Shown: piece by piece, positions 1-17,275 of the stretch | Layout of the letters: each line of letters begins with the position of its first letter | Position numbering within the stretch: position 1 is the stretch's first letter | NCBI GenBank assembly: GCA_000320545.1 | Contig: ADNK01001511.1 | Coordinates: 35,627-99,626 of the forward strand | From: Bigelowiella natans CCMP2755 | Lineage: Eukaryota; Protista; Cercozoa | Direction of reading: 5' to 3' | Length of the DNA stretch: 64,000 nt | Translations under genes and position numbers: made by a program | The notes under the pieces: generated by a model | What the model was told of the DNA's origin: nothing | The model's input: the letters and a program-made list of their open reading frames with translations, nothing else | Databases searched by the model: none

Positions 1-3142
<3,142 letters not shown>

Positions 3143-4243
3143 GTTATCACAGCTGCAACAAGCAGAGGCAAGTCTATATACAAGTAAGCAATATGCACGT
3201 TTTTCGAGAGGATGTGCTACGCTCGAGATACACAGCTGCTGGACGATCTAGATGTTGTTATGCTTCATTATTGAACGTTTGTGAATGATCACTCATCACC
3301 TGAATATAATCATGAATTGACGTAGGCGACTTTGACAGCAGACTCATTTCTTTGCAATCTTTGACGTGTGACACACGGTCAACCGATGCAAATTGCTAGC
3401 TGTGGCTTAATTGAATGCTTTAATGCTTATATCGTATCATAATAGACACGGCAATAGGATATATATATTTTATATATACCATATTGCATGTCTATCATTA
3501 TCGATCTTTTATTTGGTTCCCGCAACATGTCAACAATAATCATTACATTGCACCAAAATGTGTATCGACGACACAAGAGCTCATTGGCGAAGTGGCAATC
3601 GTGAGCTATAAGCCAAAGTCAAGTTTTCATTTCAAACAATAACATCTAAATGTGCTGCACGTCTAGAGGACCAGCAGCCGCATTTAGAAAGCAGCATTAG
3701 TCTAGCAGTCTGTTTCGATTTTTGGTGTGACAACGTTTTCATATTATTATTCGTACACTGCATTTATCGTACCCGTGGCTGGTGCACACACACCGTTCTA
3801 GCGTTGTTGCTATTTTATCACGGGTATAGATAATACTGTCGCGCAATGCAACTACAGGTACATGCAGCATTGGCATATCTAGATATAGCTAGATAGCTAC
3901 ATCATGATGACAATTGAAAAGGTTCAATCATATCATGACCCCTTTTAGCATGCATGTAACTAAGCCATAGTCCGCATCATGTCATCATGTGGATTATTAT
4001 TCTTCTCTACATCGCATAAAATCAAAAAAAGCGCATTTATGCGTACATAGCCATCTGATGGAAGATAATATTAATCTAAATATAGCGTGGCAGCGGAATA
4101 TATTCCATGAGAGTTGGAGAATATATATTAGACCAATGCATCATACGCACTTACTTTATCAGTCAGTCAACGTTTTGAATCCCAGAATAAGAGCCTCTTC
4201 CTTCATGAGTTCCCCCCGTTTGGTTTTGGCCATTGTACACTAC

Positions 4244-4537
4244 TTATCCACTGGAATATGCATTTGGTGCAGAGGGGGGCGCTTCTGCTGCTGCTTCTGT
4301 GTCACCGTATGCAGGAGGGGCTGATGGCTGACCTACTTATGTGTGCACATAGTAAATATATATATAATATAACAACGTGTTCTTCTAACTTAATCCTAAT
4401 CCTCATTGATTATGATGTCCGTTGTTCAACCACATACTTAAACTTTAAGTTGGAACTACGATATTAATGTATTTTGATCTTTCTTGCTGCCTACTACTAA
4501 CATTCCTACTGCAACTACAACAACTACTACTACTACA

Positions 4538-4571
<34 letters not shown>

Positions 4572-5593
4572 GTACCATCTGGGACTTTTGTTTCTTGAGC
4601 GGTAAGATATTGCCGAATGGCAGGATTTAGACTTACGACTCCAGTCGAGCGAGCGCCTATTTTGCCTTTTACTCTGTGCAACAACAATGATGCAGAGGCG
4701 CATTGATGATGATGATAATGATAAATAGAAAGAAGAGAGGCGGATAGACAAGTAGAGGGAACAACGATGTAAAGAAGAAAGAGGAAAAAAAAGGAGGAGA
4801 AGAATATTAGAACTTGTTTCTTTCTATAATGTATGCTTATTATTATTATTATTATTATTATCATTATTATCTACAAACTGACTTTCCCCACATATCCACC
4901 ATTTCTCCAGCCAATTTTAATTGCACCGACTGTAGTTTGATAAAGGAAGAAGAGGAAGAAACAGCAGCAGGGAGAGTGATCGGAGAGAACGTATGGGGGG
5001 GGAAGGGGGGGAGGGATGCAAAAAGAAACAAATAAAGAGGAAGTGAAGAGGAATATTTAGACGAGAGTTGTTCTTAATATGGTGGGTGGTCTTCTCTTCC
5101 TAAAGCTGCTGCTGCTGCTGCTGCTGCTTGTTGCTCATTCATTTGCCTGCTGTCACGTTTGATGAAAGTACTTCGTTCTTACCGATATCCGTTTCACTTC
5201 AAAGTCGAAAAGTCTCGCTTTGGCCTTGATTATTAATAAATAGTTGGCGTTATCACTTTATTTTACATGTACTAGTTAGTATCAGAGTTGTTGGAGAAGA
5301 ATGTATGAATGAATGAATGAATCAATAGATTACCATCCAATATCTTGGTAGGAGCTCTTTCTTCATTGAGTTTCGAATGAGATCAATCAATCTATTCAGG
5401 ACTTCTAACTTATGATTTGCTTCCTCGAGCTGAGGAGGAGGAGGAGGAGGAGGAGGAGGAGGAGGAGGAGGAGAGTAATTGGACATCATTAATCCACAGT
5501 AGCAGAAGTAGTTGTAGCTTGATAATAAAGTAATGATAATCGTGGTAAACAGAAAATGGGACAATAATAATAATGATAATAAAAATCTGATAA

Positions 5594-5633
<40 letters not shown>

Positions 5634-5644
5634 ATATATACCGC

Positions 5645-5696
<52 letters not shown>

Positions 5697-7203
5697 AGTG
5701 CCACACAGCTTTTTGCTGCTACTGCTACTGCCTCCTCTGCTTCTTCTTCTTCCTCCTCCTCCTCCTCCTACTACTACTACGTCTACTACGACTACTACTT
5801 TCGCCTCTTTTGCATTCTGCTTTTCCAGTCTCTCCACCATTGATGCTTGAGTTTTTGCCTAAAGCCATAATAATGAATGGTTTATCATCAGCAAATAGCA
5901 GTAGCACCACCACCACCCAGTAATATACAATTTCAATTCTTCAATATTGACCAACATCTACAGTACACATTTACACACTAATCCAATAGCAGTATCACCA
6001 CCAGGAGGGGGTAGGTGTTGTCTCTCCTTCTTCTTCTTCTTCTTTTTCTTCTTCCCCTCATCTTGTATTCTTCTCGTCGCTCCCAAGTGTACCACACGCA
6101 CACACACACACACATACACATACATCTCAATGTATTTCACCATAAATCATCATCAATATATGCTCTCAATGTGTATATGTAGCAATGATGGATGGAAGGA
6201 CGTACGTATACTACTACTGCTACTACCTTTATCTCTAATTTATTCGGTGCCTCAAACGCCATTTGAAGAGCCTAGTAGTAGGCTACTAGTGTAAAACTTG
6301 TTTGGTACTACAACTACTATTTTATATTGTGTACAAGAAAGAAAAAGATGATCTTGCTCTCTATATTTATGGTATCATGAACAAATGCGTATTATGTGAC
6401 TGCCATCACGCTTATGCATTTACCAAGAAATTCGTGTGCGTGTGCGTGTGCGTGTGCGTGTGCGTGTGTGTATGTGTGTGCGTGTGTATGTCCCCAACAA
6501 CTAGCTACACGTCAAGATATCAATAAATGCTTCTTCACAGACATCGGGGGGGGGCATGCAGCAGTAGCATTAGGAAAATCGAAGCTGCATCATGCACCAT
6601 TTAATATGTGACTATTATCCCCCCCCCCCCCCTCCACCGTTTATCTCTCCTAGAATGCTGCAAAGAAATGCATTTTAAGTCAACCATTTTCTTTAGTAGC
6701 ATTAGTTAATAATCTCAGCACTACTACTACTACTACTGCTGCTGCTACTACCACTATCACTACTACTTATACACGAAGTGCTAACAATATATAGCAGGTA
6801 CCTCTGTGTAGTGTATTTCCCATTGAAACCATGCCACAATATGGGATAGAGGCTGTGCCTACGATTAAGCACCACCACCAGCAGTAATAAACAGATAGCA
6901 GCTGTAGTAGTAGTAGTAGTTGTAGCAATAACAGGAGGAGAAAACACTTTCTACTACTACTAGTACTACTACTACCTCAATAGATTGGAACCATTGGGTT
7001 GTATAGTCAACCATATCTGGACGCTTATGGGCAGGTATTCTGTATCTTGGACGATGATGTTTACAAATAGTAGTTAAACAGCAGGAGCACCACCACCACC
7101 ACCACCGTGCAAGTAGCAGTAGTAAATAGTAGCAAACAAAGGAAGAGAGGCAAAACAAAAAACAAAACAATTTAGAATCAGTGAACATCAGTGGATCATG
7201 CAG

Positions 7204-7240
<37 letters not shown>

Positions 7241-7662
7241 TAGAAAGAAGAGTAAATGATGAATAGTAGTAGTTGTAGTAGCAGTAGTAATAATAATAAG
7301 AATGTCATCATTCGTCGTAAGGTTGATTGTTCCAAAAACGACGACGAATACCATGTGATAGGATACAATACGATATACAACGATATTGTTCTCTTCAACA
7401 CCACCACGACACTATTAACTGCTACTGCTGCAAACACCTCTTCTCCTACTAGCACTATTCTTCATATTGCTATGATCATCATCACGAAAGAAGAAGAACA
7501 ACAAACAACTACTTGGTCTTATTCTCCAGATCGATGATAGATGTGTATGCTTTAAGGATGGGTGCTAGTCCTTATATATTATTTCGTGATAATGGTGATG
7601 TTAGTGATGATGATGATGATGATTTATATGTCTTTGCCACCAATCAATGCGAGGTTAAGATC

Positions 7663-7704
<42 letters not shown>

Positions 7705-7896
7705 AACACTCCTATTTTGATTATGCATCATCCTTTTTACCTTTGTCTCGAGTTATCTGAAGAATTGGAAGAGCCGAAATTTGTTTTTCCTACGTTTGTA
7801 TATTCATTCATTCGATACAAGAACAAGAACAATGTAAGAAGTGCTGAGCCTCTCCTAATAGATAAGTAAATGAATGGAACCAGTATATTCTTTACG

Positions 7897-7934
<38 letters not shown>

Positions 7935-8990
7935 TACATACATACACAGGGTGAGAATTGTATACGCACAAGGCCTTTAAGAATAGGAGCCAGAGTAGGA
8001 ACGTCCTTTGTGGTAGTAGTAGTAGTAGTAGTAGTAGTAGTTAGTAGTAGTAGAAGTAGTAGTAGTAGTAATAGGCAGTATGAATAATATTTCAGTCAAT
8101 TAACAGCAGTAGTAGTAGAGTAGTAGCAGTAGTAGTTGTATTAGTAGTAGTAGTAGCAAATACCACCAACAAACAACTACTACGAACACATAATAATAAA
8201 TAAATAAATAATAGCACGCGAAATCACACACAGTAGGAATAAATCCATGTATCAAGTATGTAGGATAGTAGACAGATGATGGTGACGACGCATTCTTCAT
8301 TATTAATCCCACACACACACACATACACGCACACAAACAATCGACGAGTGGTTTCATCGGAATAGTAAACAACAACAGATTGGTATTGATGATCACCACC
8401 ATCATCATCATTATCATCGTCATTGCACCATCAATCCAATTAATTTCCAAATTTGTGTGAAAGCAACAAAACAAGGCATCATATTGAAAGAGATTTTACG
8501 TCGTTATAATAATAAAGAGGGGGTTCAGTAAGGAAGAAAAGAGAATGGGAGGAGGAGGAGGAGGAGGAGGAGGAAGAGGGTAGGCACATCACTTATTGGT
8601 TTCAAGGGCGCAAACATAAAAAGGTAGTATATAAATAAAATAAGATGATGATTTGAAGCAGATCATCATCTATAGTAGTTGTTTTAAGTCAGAGAGTAGG
8701 CGAGGACTAAAACAAGAACACTACTTCACCAATCATCATAATCATAATCATCATCATCATCATCTAATAATAATAATAATAATAATAATAATTGAAAAGT
8801 AATAATGACTGTAAACACACTACAAAACTAATAATAAAAGAGATAAGAGAAAAACAACAACAACAATCACCACCTTATTTTCTGAAGAACCAGGAGGGCT
8901 GCGTGCTGTTCCACCACCTTCTTCTTTGTCTCCCCCCTCCTCTCCCCCTGCTGGCAATTCAGCAGGTGTACTCTTCCCGTAGACTATATT

Positions 8991-9067
<77 letters not shown>

Positions 9068-9502
9068 TGGGCATGTTAGCATTAATCTGCAATCCAGTAC
9101 TATAAGTAGTCGCAAAAGAAGTTGCTCTTAATGCGACTACGTGCTTCTGCCGCAATTGTTTGATATAAATAGTGGGTATTATACAACATAAATTTGTTAA
9201 TTTGTTCAGCTTTAATAAATGAGTGAATAAACACGCTGCTTTGTACGAAGAAATCACAGGAAAAAGAGGGAAAAAATACTCAAAGTATGAAAATAATGAT
9301 GACGATGATCTTATGAATCATATGTTTATGTATTCTATCATCATCCCCCCTCCTCCCCCTCCCCCGGTTAGAACAACCATAACAACCTTCCTGAGCGCTA
9401 CTTTTTACGTCAGACTTAGAGGTATTTGCTACACGTTATCAAACATAACAGATATATGTGGATGATGCTGTCTATAGATCACATACATTTGGGTATGTGT
9501 GC

Positions 9503-9535
<33 letters not shown>

Positions 9536-10128
9536 TTTTGAGAAACCGGATTAAAGGTAATTCATTTATGATGACCGGTGCTGCATGAAATATGTAGTAT
9601 AGAGAAATGGGGTCGTACAACAGTGAACATCACAGCAGAAACAGTAGGGTGATAGATAGAGGAAAGGTAATGCTACAGATACCACCTATTTGTTTGCTTG
9701 TTGGTTGGTTTGTTGTACACAGTAGCAGTAGCACGCACAACACGACACAGTTCGTCTTCTTCCTCCTCCCTCCTCCTCCTCCTCCTTATTTACTTGTTTA
9801 ACTTACTTACTAACTGACCTAAGTGCTGTTGGAATCTATTGGCAAATTCAAGCAGGTGGTCTACTTCTGATTTCTGTGGTTGGTATTGTTCAACAACTTG
9901 TTGTTAGGTGATGATGATGATGATGATAATAGTGATGATACTGGTGGTGGTGATGGTGGCTCCTATAATAAGAGTAAGAAATGGTTTGTAGGGGAGGGGT
10001 GTCTGTTTCATATGTTGTATACATACACGACTAAAGCAATTCTAAGTTATGGTAAATGTGTGTGTGTGTGTGTGTGTGTGTGTGTCTGTCTGTGTGTGTA
10101 CTTATTTTGGGGTAACAACTATAGGTGA

Positions 10129-10160
<32 letters not shown>

Positions 10161-11243
10161 CATCATGTGTATTGACCTTCTGTAACAACTTGATTTGAGT
10201 GTCATATGCGCGACTGAGGATGATTAAGGATACAAATCACCAAAAATAAAATGCACTTGTAAAGAATAGTTTTGCAAAAAGATCTACTACTACTGCTACT
10301 ATCACTACTTCTTATACACGAAGTGCTACAATATATATGTTCGAAACAACACACAAGATTGAAGTAGTACTCTGTCATTGATAGGAATGCTTGGACTGCA
10401 GGAGTATTGAATAGATAAGGCACCTTTCAGTATACCAAACACATCATGATACTACAAAAAGCTACTAGGTATTCATTGCATCTGAAGCGTATATTAATGA
10501 TGATAAAGTTGCAAGAATGAATGCGAGAGAGACGATGCGGTAAAAGAAAGAATGTAATATGTAAGAGAATGCGAATAATCCTCAGAGATATATTTATCTA
10601 CCCATACGATGTATTGAAGAAAAATTTCGAGCCCCCTTCGACGTCGCTCAATGAAGGTTGGATCTTTATTTGCTGTCTGTCAGCATAAACAGCTTACTTA
10701 GTGTTGTTTAGCTGAAACACAATATTTAGAATCATCGATTGCTCTGCCTCTTAGGATAATATATTTCACTAATACCATGAAGTAGTTGTCTTTCGGGGGT
10801 ACTTTTGGGATGGGGATTCCCGGGCAGGTAGCACAAAGATGCTGTTATAAAGTAACAAGAAAAGAGAATAACAGGTATACAACAATCAATTCATTATTTT
10901 GTGTAAAAATGAGTCGATTCAGTAGAATGTGACTACGTCAAAGGTCACCTTATACAGCCAAAGAAACTCCGAATATCTGTGTCGAATCACGTCTCCAGAA
11001 AGCTTCGGTGTTACTTCGACTGAGAAAAAAGAACAGCATTTACACAGAAGAAGAAGCCATACGTAGACGAGAGCGATGATAGTATTGAAATGGTATTACC
11101 TTGATAGCTATGATAGGAAGAAAAAAACTTCTTCACCTAAAAATTGTCACGTGAATCACCAGAAAGTAAATACAAACATACACGCTTGTGCCGTATCATT
11201 GGATGTTAATAGAGGAGATGATGCGCCATGGGAAGCGAGAGGT

Positions 11244-11292
<49 letters not shown>

Positions 11293-11594
11293 AGGTGGGA
11301 TGAGGAAGGAACTGAATGTGAGAACAAATAAGATGCGACGGTATTACCATTATTTACACACACACACATACAGGATCATCGATGCATACACTCTGTTCCT
11401 CACAATCTTTAGTCATCATTGTCGTCGATTATTAGTAGTATCATCACATGCGGAGAGTACCAGCTTCGGCTCGTGTACTTTTATCATGTGTTCCTCGAAT
11501 TCACTCTATAGAAGAACAATCAATAGGAGGCAGTAGAAGAATAGAGAATCATTCGTGCATAAAAGCTTTGAATCGCGAGAGCAGGTGTCACCAT
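4244..11594 (-). CDS. Sorting nexin, PX domain + C-terminal BAR-like coiled coil, many short exons
   Basis: Exons give M|SEFEEHMIKVHEPKL|VKKFFSSYHSYQ|VEVTPKLSGDVIRHRYSEFLWLYK|HLCATCPGIPIPKVPPKD|..FIERRRRGLEIFLQYI|VPYLFNTPAVQAFLS (PX signatures, about 10370-11510). C-terminal exons ERLEKQNAKEAK|LEEANHKLEVLNRLIDLIRNSMKKELLPRYWM|AKARLFDFEVKRIS|SVQLKLAGEMVDMWES resemble a SNX-BAR end; stop TAA at 4244-4246. Confidence 0.85.
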
Positions 11595-11959
11595 GTTAGT
11601 TCGTTCTAGGTGTCGAGGGTTCTGTTTAGCAGCCGTCAGACAGATCCGTAGTTGCTCCACAATTAGAAAATTATTTTACGATGTTTTTAGTGCATATTGT
11701 TCTCGTAAATTACCATGCAATTCAATGCAGGACGTTGTTTTTCATCATTGTCTTTGTCTTTTGCAGATGTGGTCGATCGATCAACATTGTTTCCACCGTC
11801 ATCAACCATCTCATTCATCATTGTTCTCACTCGGATGCAGCGAGGGAGGAGCAGTTTGTTCTTGGAAGTGAGAATGGCGTCATTGTCAGGTCTTTCCTCG
11901 TCTGCCTGCTCATCCTTTTTTTCGTGCCTCTGATTCCATCAAAACCGATGACTTGTTGG

Positions 11960-12150
11960 GTGCTCCTTCGGATGACCCGGCCGCGGACCAGCGCACAGAC
12001 ATGGCCTTCAGGAAATTTCTGCGCAAAGTGGATGCTTCATTCATTTTGCGCCGCCGCCACATTGCCGCCAATTGCACTGCTCCACGCAGCCAAAACAAAT
12101 GCCAATTTTTCAATTCCTTTCAGTCCTCACGGAAGCTGGTGCGAGGCACG
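11960..12150 (+). repeat. Dispersed repeat family A, copy 1 (copy 2 at about 38423-38625)
   Basis: Shared blocks tcggatga.cc, agacatg, aggaa.tt, gt.gatgc, cgccgccacattgc.gc.a, tcctcac.gaagct.gt.cgaggcac. Confidence 0.8.
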
Positions 12151-13223
12151 CGTGCCGATCGAGTGAGCATGCAACCCCAGAACGCACGTGCGACATCACT
12201 TGTTTGTGCCACCTTTGACTGGCCTTCTGGCCTAGCTCTGGCTAGCTGGCTGCGCTGCAGACACAGCACACGTCACGTGTGCCAGTGTGCACTGTGCACG
12301 ACTCACGACAGCACGTTGTTCATTCTGTGTGTTCACTGTCGTGTGCACGTTTGACTGGGCAAGCTGTCCTTCTAGCCACATCACTCCCTTCACATCCAGA
12401 CATTGCAGCCGATGCATGGCAAGGCTAGAAGGGGCATGCTGGCACACTGGACCATGGACCATGCCAGCACGACACGGCACACATTGTGTGCACGCGCTGC
12501 ACGTGCCACGTGTTTCACACGTTCTGCACGTCCCTTGCCACCTTGTCTGCAAGTGCACAGCAAGAGACACGTGCACGTGGTGACCATGCACGCACTGCCA
12601 GTGCCAGTCTAGCAGTCTCCAACTCGCATGCCCCGCTAGCCCGTGAAATCGCAGCACTTTCACTGTCACACACCATGGTTCATGTGTGGTGCATGTCAGT
12701 GCCAGAGTGCATGAGTGCACATCCATGCTTGGTTTCTCTGGTTCTGACGTCTGCATTGCGCACAATGGACACAGTAGTTGTTGCATGTCTACAATGCGTG
12801 CCTCTGATTGCTGGATTGGTGGACGCATGCACACTGTCGCCACAGGCGTTTGTGCTGCTGGTCTTTGTGCATCGTCTAGCTAGCTAGGTCATGCGCACCG
12901 CACCCGCACGTGCACTGGCATCGTGATCGCAGCGACTGTCATGCCAGCATGCGCTCACTGTTGTGGATACGGCGTTGAACTTGCACACAACAAGTGAGTG
13001 AGTGAATTGACTGCTGCAAGGTCGACGCATGCTGGCATGATGCACAGCAGACAACAACAGAGCAGAGAGGTCTAGAGGTGGGAAAGTGTGCACACTCAGC
13101 AGCGTCTGCCAGTTCGTGCGTGCGATGCGAGCGTCTGCTAGCTAGCTAGGCGTGCATGTGTGAGAGTGCAGCGGTGTACAGGTGCCCGCAAAAGGTTGCA
13201 GAATGCTGTGCACACATGCACTG

Positions 13224-13261
13224 TGAGACGGGTGTGATGAAATGTTTGAATTTTTTTAATG
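13224..13261 (-). repeat. Dispersed repeat family B copy (others at 35871-35931, 39181-39240, about 49223-49283)
   Basis: Reverse complement cattaaaaaaattcaaacatttcatcacacccgtctca matches cattgaaaaaatttaaacatttcatcacatccgtctca at 35894-35931. Confidence 0.8.
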
Positions 13262-13799
13262 CACTGCAGGACGTGTGATTCAATGCACGCCTTGCAAAGT
13301 GCGTTGCAATGACGTTGCAGCATGTGCGACATCAATCACTTGCCTTGCATGCCTGGGCCAACTGGCCCCCCTAGCTAGCTAGCTAACTAGCCCTGCATGT
13401 GCACTGTCTCACACATGCATCTAGCCTAGCTGCCACCACCACTGCCAAACTGCCAGCTTCTAAGCACCTTGCCCAGTCGCACAGATTAGCAGGAGCGACG
13501 CACGCTTTCTAGTTTTTTTCACAAGCTTTCTGCTTCACGTTCATGTGACGACGCGGACATGGCGTCATCCTGGCATGCACACCATCTAGCCATGTCTAGG
13601 TGTACACTCGACTACTAATGTCACATGTTTTTTTGGTCATGTTTCAAATGGTCCATTGGTTCATCTAATGATAGCAATGATAAATCAGAGAACCTCATCT
13701 ATCCGATACGATAACTTTGTATCAACGGATAAACTTTGTTATTTATGCACCATGTTGTACTAATGCATTTGTCTGCAGTGACAGCATAGTGATGCAATT

Positions 13800-14610
13800 C
13801 ATGGCGTAATAGTGAGGAATTCTTCGGAATAAGGTTTGGGGCGGAACAAATCGGTATGAAATGTGTTATTTGTCACCCCTTTGAATGTATGAGGTTGCGT
13901 CATACGGTTGGTTAACTTTGAAATAGAACAGCTGAAGCAATACTGGATGATGACGAAAATATGCTGACGATAATGAATAGTACCTACAGCTGCTGCCTCT
14001 GCAGGACTCGAATACATATCTAGATATATTAGTAGTAAGTGGGGGCGGTGATGGTGGAGAAAAACTAATCTTTGCCACCTATCACTAAAAAGTACACAAT
14101 AAATCTACTCTGTATTTCCTTCTGGATGTACTCTCACTTCTTGTAGCTATTTAGTTAGCAGCCTCAGCAATCGTATATGATATAGATTAAAGAGGATGAT
14201 GATGAGAGCATAGATAAAAGAGGATGGAAGCATGCCTATTTATAACGTTGTTATTGTTGAATAGTCGCTCCTTGTCAAGGAAGTCGTACTGCTAAGTGAT
14301 AATGATGATGATGATAATGATACGTGATAATTCTCTTGTCAATGCCATCATCTCTTCTTAGGGGAAACATACTTACTACTACTACTACGTATTCCCAACA
14401 ACCGTCGTCCGTCGAAAAACTATGAATTTCAAGGAGAAATGATAATAAACGATGACAATAAATAAAAATGCTAATGATGATGATATGTGATGGTAATCTT
14501 ACTACTAACCAGCATGTACTACTACTGGTTAAATAGACAGAATAGATATGAAATGCGAAACATATCAACTGACGACGGGAACACACTCACTTCCACGTTC
14601 ATCTAGACGT
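13800..14610 (-). CDS. Possible small uncharacterised spliced gene
   Basis: Non-repetitive blocks flanked by AG/GT can be joined as FSTDDGCWEY|QYDFLDKERLFNNN|LQEVRVHPEGNTE|YVFESCRGSSC; no family recognised and phases ambiguous. Confidence 0.3.
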
Positions 14611-15083
14611 AGTACGCACCGACATTCTTACTTTGAGCATATATTTTGTTTGTTGTATTTAAAATATAAAATCAACAAGGCATTTACTCATTGACTAACC
14701 TCTATATATAGTGACGGTTATATGGAACATATATAATTATATATTTAGTTATTGTTTGACGAGTCAACCACTAAGAAAAGGGAAGATGGCAACGTGTCAA
14801 TCTAGATGTACTCAGAAAACACAATTGAGGATTTGCATGGCTATTTTCACTTTCATACGACTATCTAAAGAAAACAGACACATCGATAAAAATGCGACAA
14901 CCAACGGTAAATGGCAGAAACAAAATGGGGATTACAACTGTTTTTGTCACGGAAATGATTAATTGAATATGCCGAATTATATATTAAACAAAGGATTTTA
15001 AAAAATGCAATTTATCTCAACTAAAGTAGACTTGTTCCTTCTTCCACAACCGAACGCTGCCATTCATTGGTTCTTCCTCATGA

Positions 15084-15911
15084 TTAACAGATGCTTGTTT
15101 TGTTATCATCGAAAGCTGTGAATAAGGACATTCTAATCTTTTTTTAATTTGCCAAGATATCAATTCCAGGCTGCTGCTGCTGCTGCTGCTATGATATATG
15201 CAAAGGCAGAATAACGAAGGAAAAGAGTAGTGTCAATATACTACTAACAATACCATGGGCAATATTTATCTACAGATTGTTATCATCAGAAAGGCTACTA
15301 CCACTTATTCTACAAATAGTCAATCTAATCCCATCATACCACTCAATCCATCTCTCTCGAAAAAATCATCATCATTTAAGGAGATGGAATAGTTTGCACA
15401 ACTCTCTTCTTATTCCATAGTAACAATCACTATCCAATACTTACCGATGCCATTGTGTTTAGACGAAGAAGAAGACGGCAACGACGACGATTGTGGTACT
15501 GATGACACATAATTTTCTGAACCGCCATGTAATGCCGTTAAAGCTCGAGGAAGAGCCCCTCCCTCCATTCCAGCACTCAAACGAGGAGAACATATTTCCA
15601 CTATTTATATTGAGAGGAGGAAAATATATGAAGACCAATTTGATATACTGTATCACCTTCAACTCAATCCTCTTCACCAGCTGTCTTTCATTTCTTTCTC
15701 TCGTGATTCTTCTTCTCATTCTTCTTGCTATTCTTCTTTATTTATGTCGTCGTGTAAGACAAGGACACTTACCAGCATGTTGTCCTCCGGTATTATCACT
15801 TCGTAGGTTTAATCCATTTAGACGCAGCGACAAGCTATTCACTGTTATTATTGTCAAAATAGTAGTTAGTAAGAGAATTGGAGGAATGGCAAACCACGAC
15901 AGAGTTAGAGT

Positions 15912-15949
<38 letters not shown>

Positions 15950-16463
15950 TGGTATACACATTGTAGTAGTAGCGGCATTACGTTACATTGCGTTACGTAA
16001 CTACTACCTGTAGCGCTACTAGCAGTAACATCTGAGAGTCGACGAGAAGAAGAAGGAGAGGAAGAAGATCGTAGTACTGTTGTTGTTGTTGTTGTTGATG
16101 ATGATGATGATGGGAATGTTCTTGCTGCTGCTGCTGGTGGTAACAATGCTTTTGCACTAGTAGTAGTAGGAGGTGTAGCACCAATTACTACGCTATCTCC
16201 TCCTCCCACTCTGGTCCCATGGAAGCTGCTGCTGCTGCTGCTGCTGCTGCTACTGCTACTACTACCGATGCTGCTGTCGCCACTGCTGTTGTTACCATTA
16301 GCAGCACCAGCATTAGAGGAAGAGGAGGAAGAAGAAGAGGAGGAAGAGGAGGTGGTGGATTGCTGCTGCTTTTGTTGTTGATGATGATTCTGGTGGACCG
16401 ATATGGGCATGCTAGCCACTCCTCGTCCATCATCATCATCATCATTATCATTATCATCATCAT

Positions 16464-16497
<34 letters not shown>

Positions 16498-16813
16498 CGT
16501 GGATGATGATCCTCCAGCTGTTGTCGCTGTACGCTCCCCCCCGATCTGTTTCATATCTTGACTGTGGTGGTGGTAGTACTGCTGCTGTTGGTGATGCTGA
16601 TGTCTGAGGTTATTACTACTACTACTACTATTACTACTACCACTACTACTACCACTACTACTACTTGATGACGATGATGTCTGCTTACTACTGAGAATAT
16701 CAGGTGATGATGCAAAGGAGGAAGAAGAGGGAGAGGAAGAGGGGGAGGAGGAGGATGTAGCAAGTGTCATATTATTAGCACTTGTGGTGCCATAGTGGTG
16801 TCTATTTTGCGTA

Positions 16814-16863
<50 letters not shown>

Positions 16864-17185
16864 ATGATGGCGGCGATTATGCAGCTCCTCGTGTTGTTCT
16901 AATTTCTCTGCTGCTGCTGCTGCCCAAAGACCTCCACTGGCAGTTCCAAGAGAGTTTGGAAATGATATTGACACTAATTTAGTGCTGTTTTTCCCACGAA
17001 ACAGCTCACGGTGATGATGGCGGTAGTGATGATGGTTTTGTTGTTGTTTTTGCTGCTGCTGTTGTTGGTGGTGGTGGTGATGATGATGTCCGTGAGCTGC
17101 TGCTGCTGCTGCTGCTGAATTGGATCCTCCTAACCCTGTTCTTCTAGGGTGAGTAGTGGTAGGAGAAGTACGTTGTAGCAATCTG

Positions 17186-17223
<38 letters not shown>

Positions 17224-17242
17224 ACTACTACTTATACTCTTG

Positions 17243-17275
<33 letters not shown>

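Larger units (their letters stand above)
11713..13600. other. TpA-depleted, CTAG-rich intergenic island (strongest example)
   Basis: No TA from 11713 to 12231. By manual count about 30 TA in 1.9 kb, about 22 of them in CTAG; rich in TG/CA/CG alternations. Confidence 0.9.

Noticed and set aside
4445-9801. Numerous ORFs with poly-IY, VC, HT, S, L or D runs here and throughout the window
   Set aside because: Translations of intronic microsatellites
11593-13335. Many overlapping His/Cys-rich ORFs (e.g. 203 aa at 12232-12843; also 35123-36112 and 38374-39420)
   Set aside because: Artefact of TpA loss, which removes TAA and most TAG stops and Tyr codons; ORFs occur in all frames and have no domain
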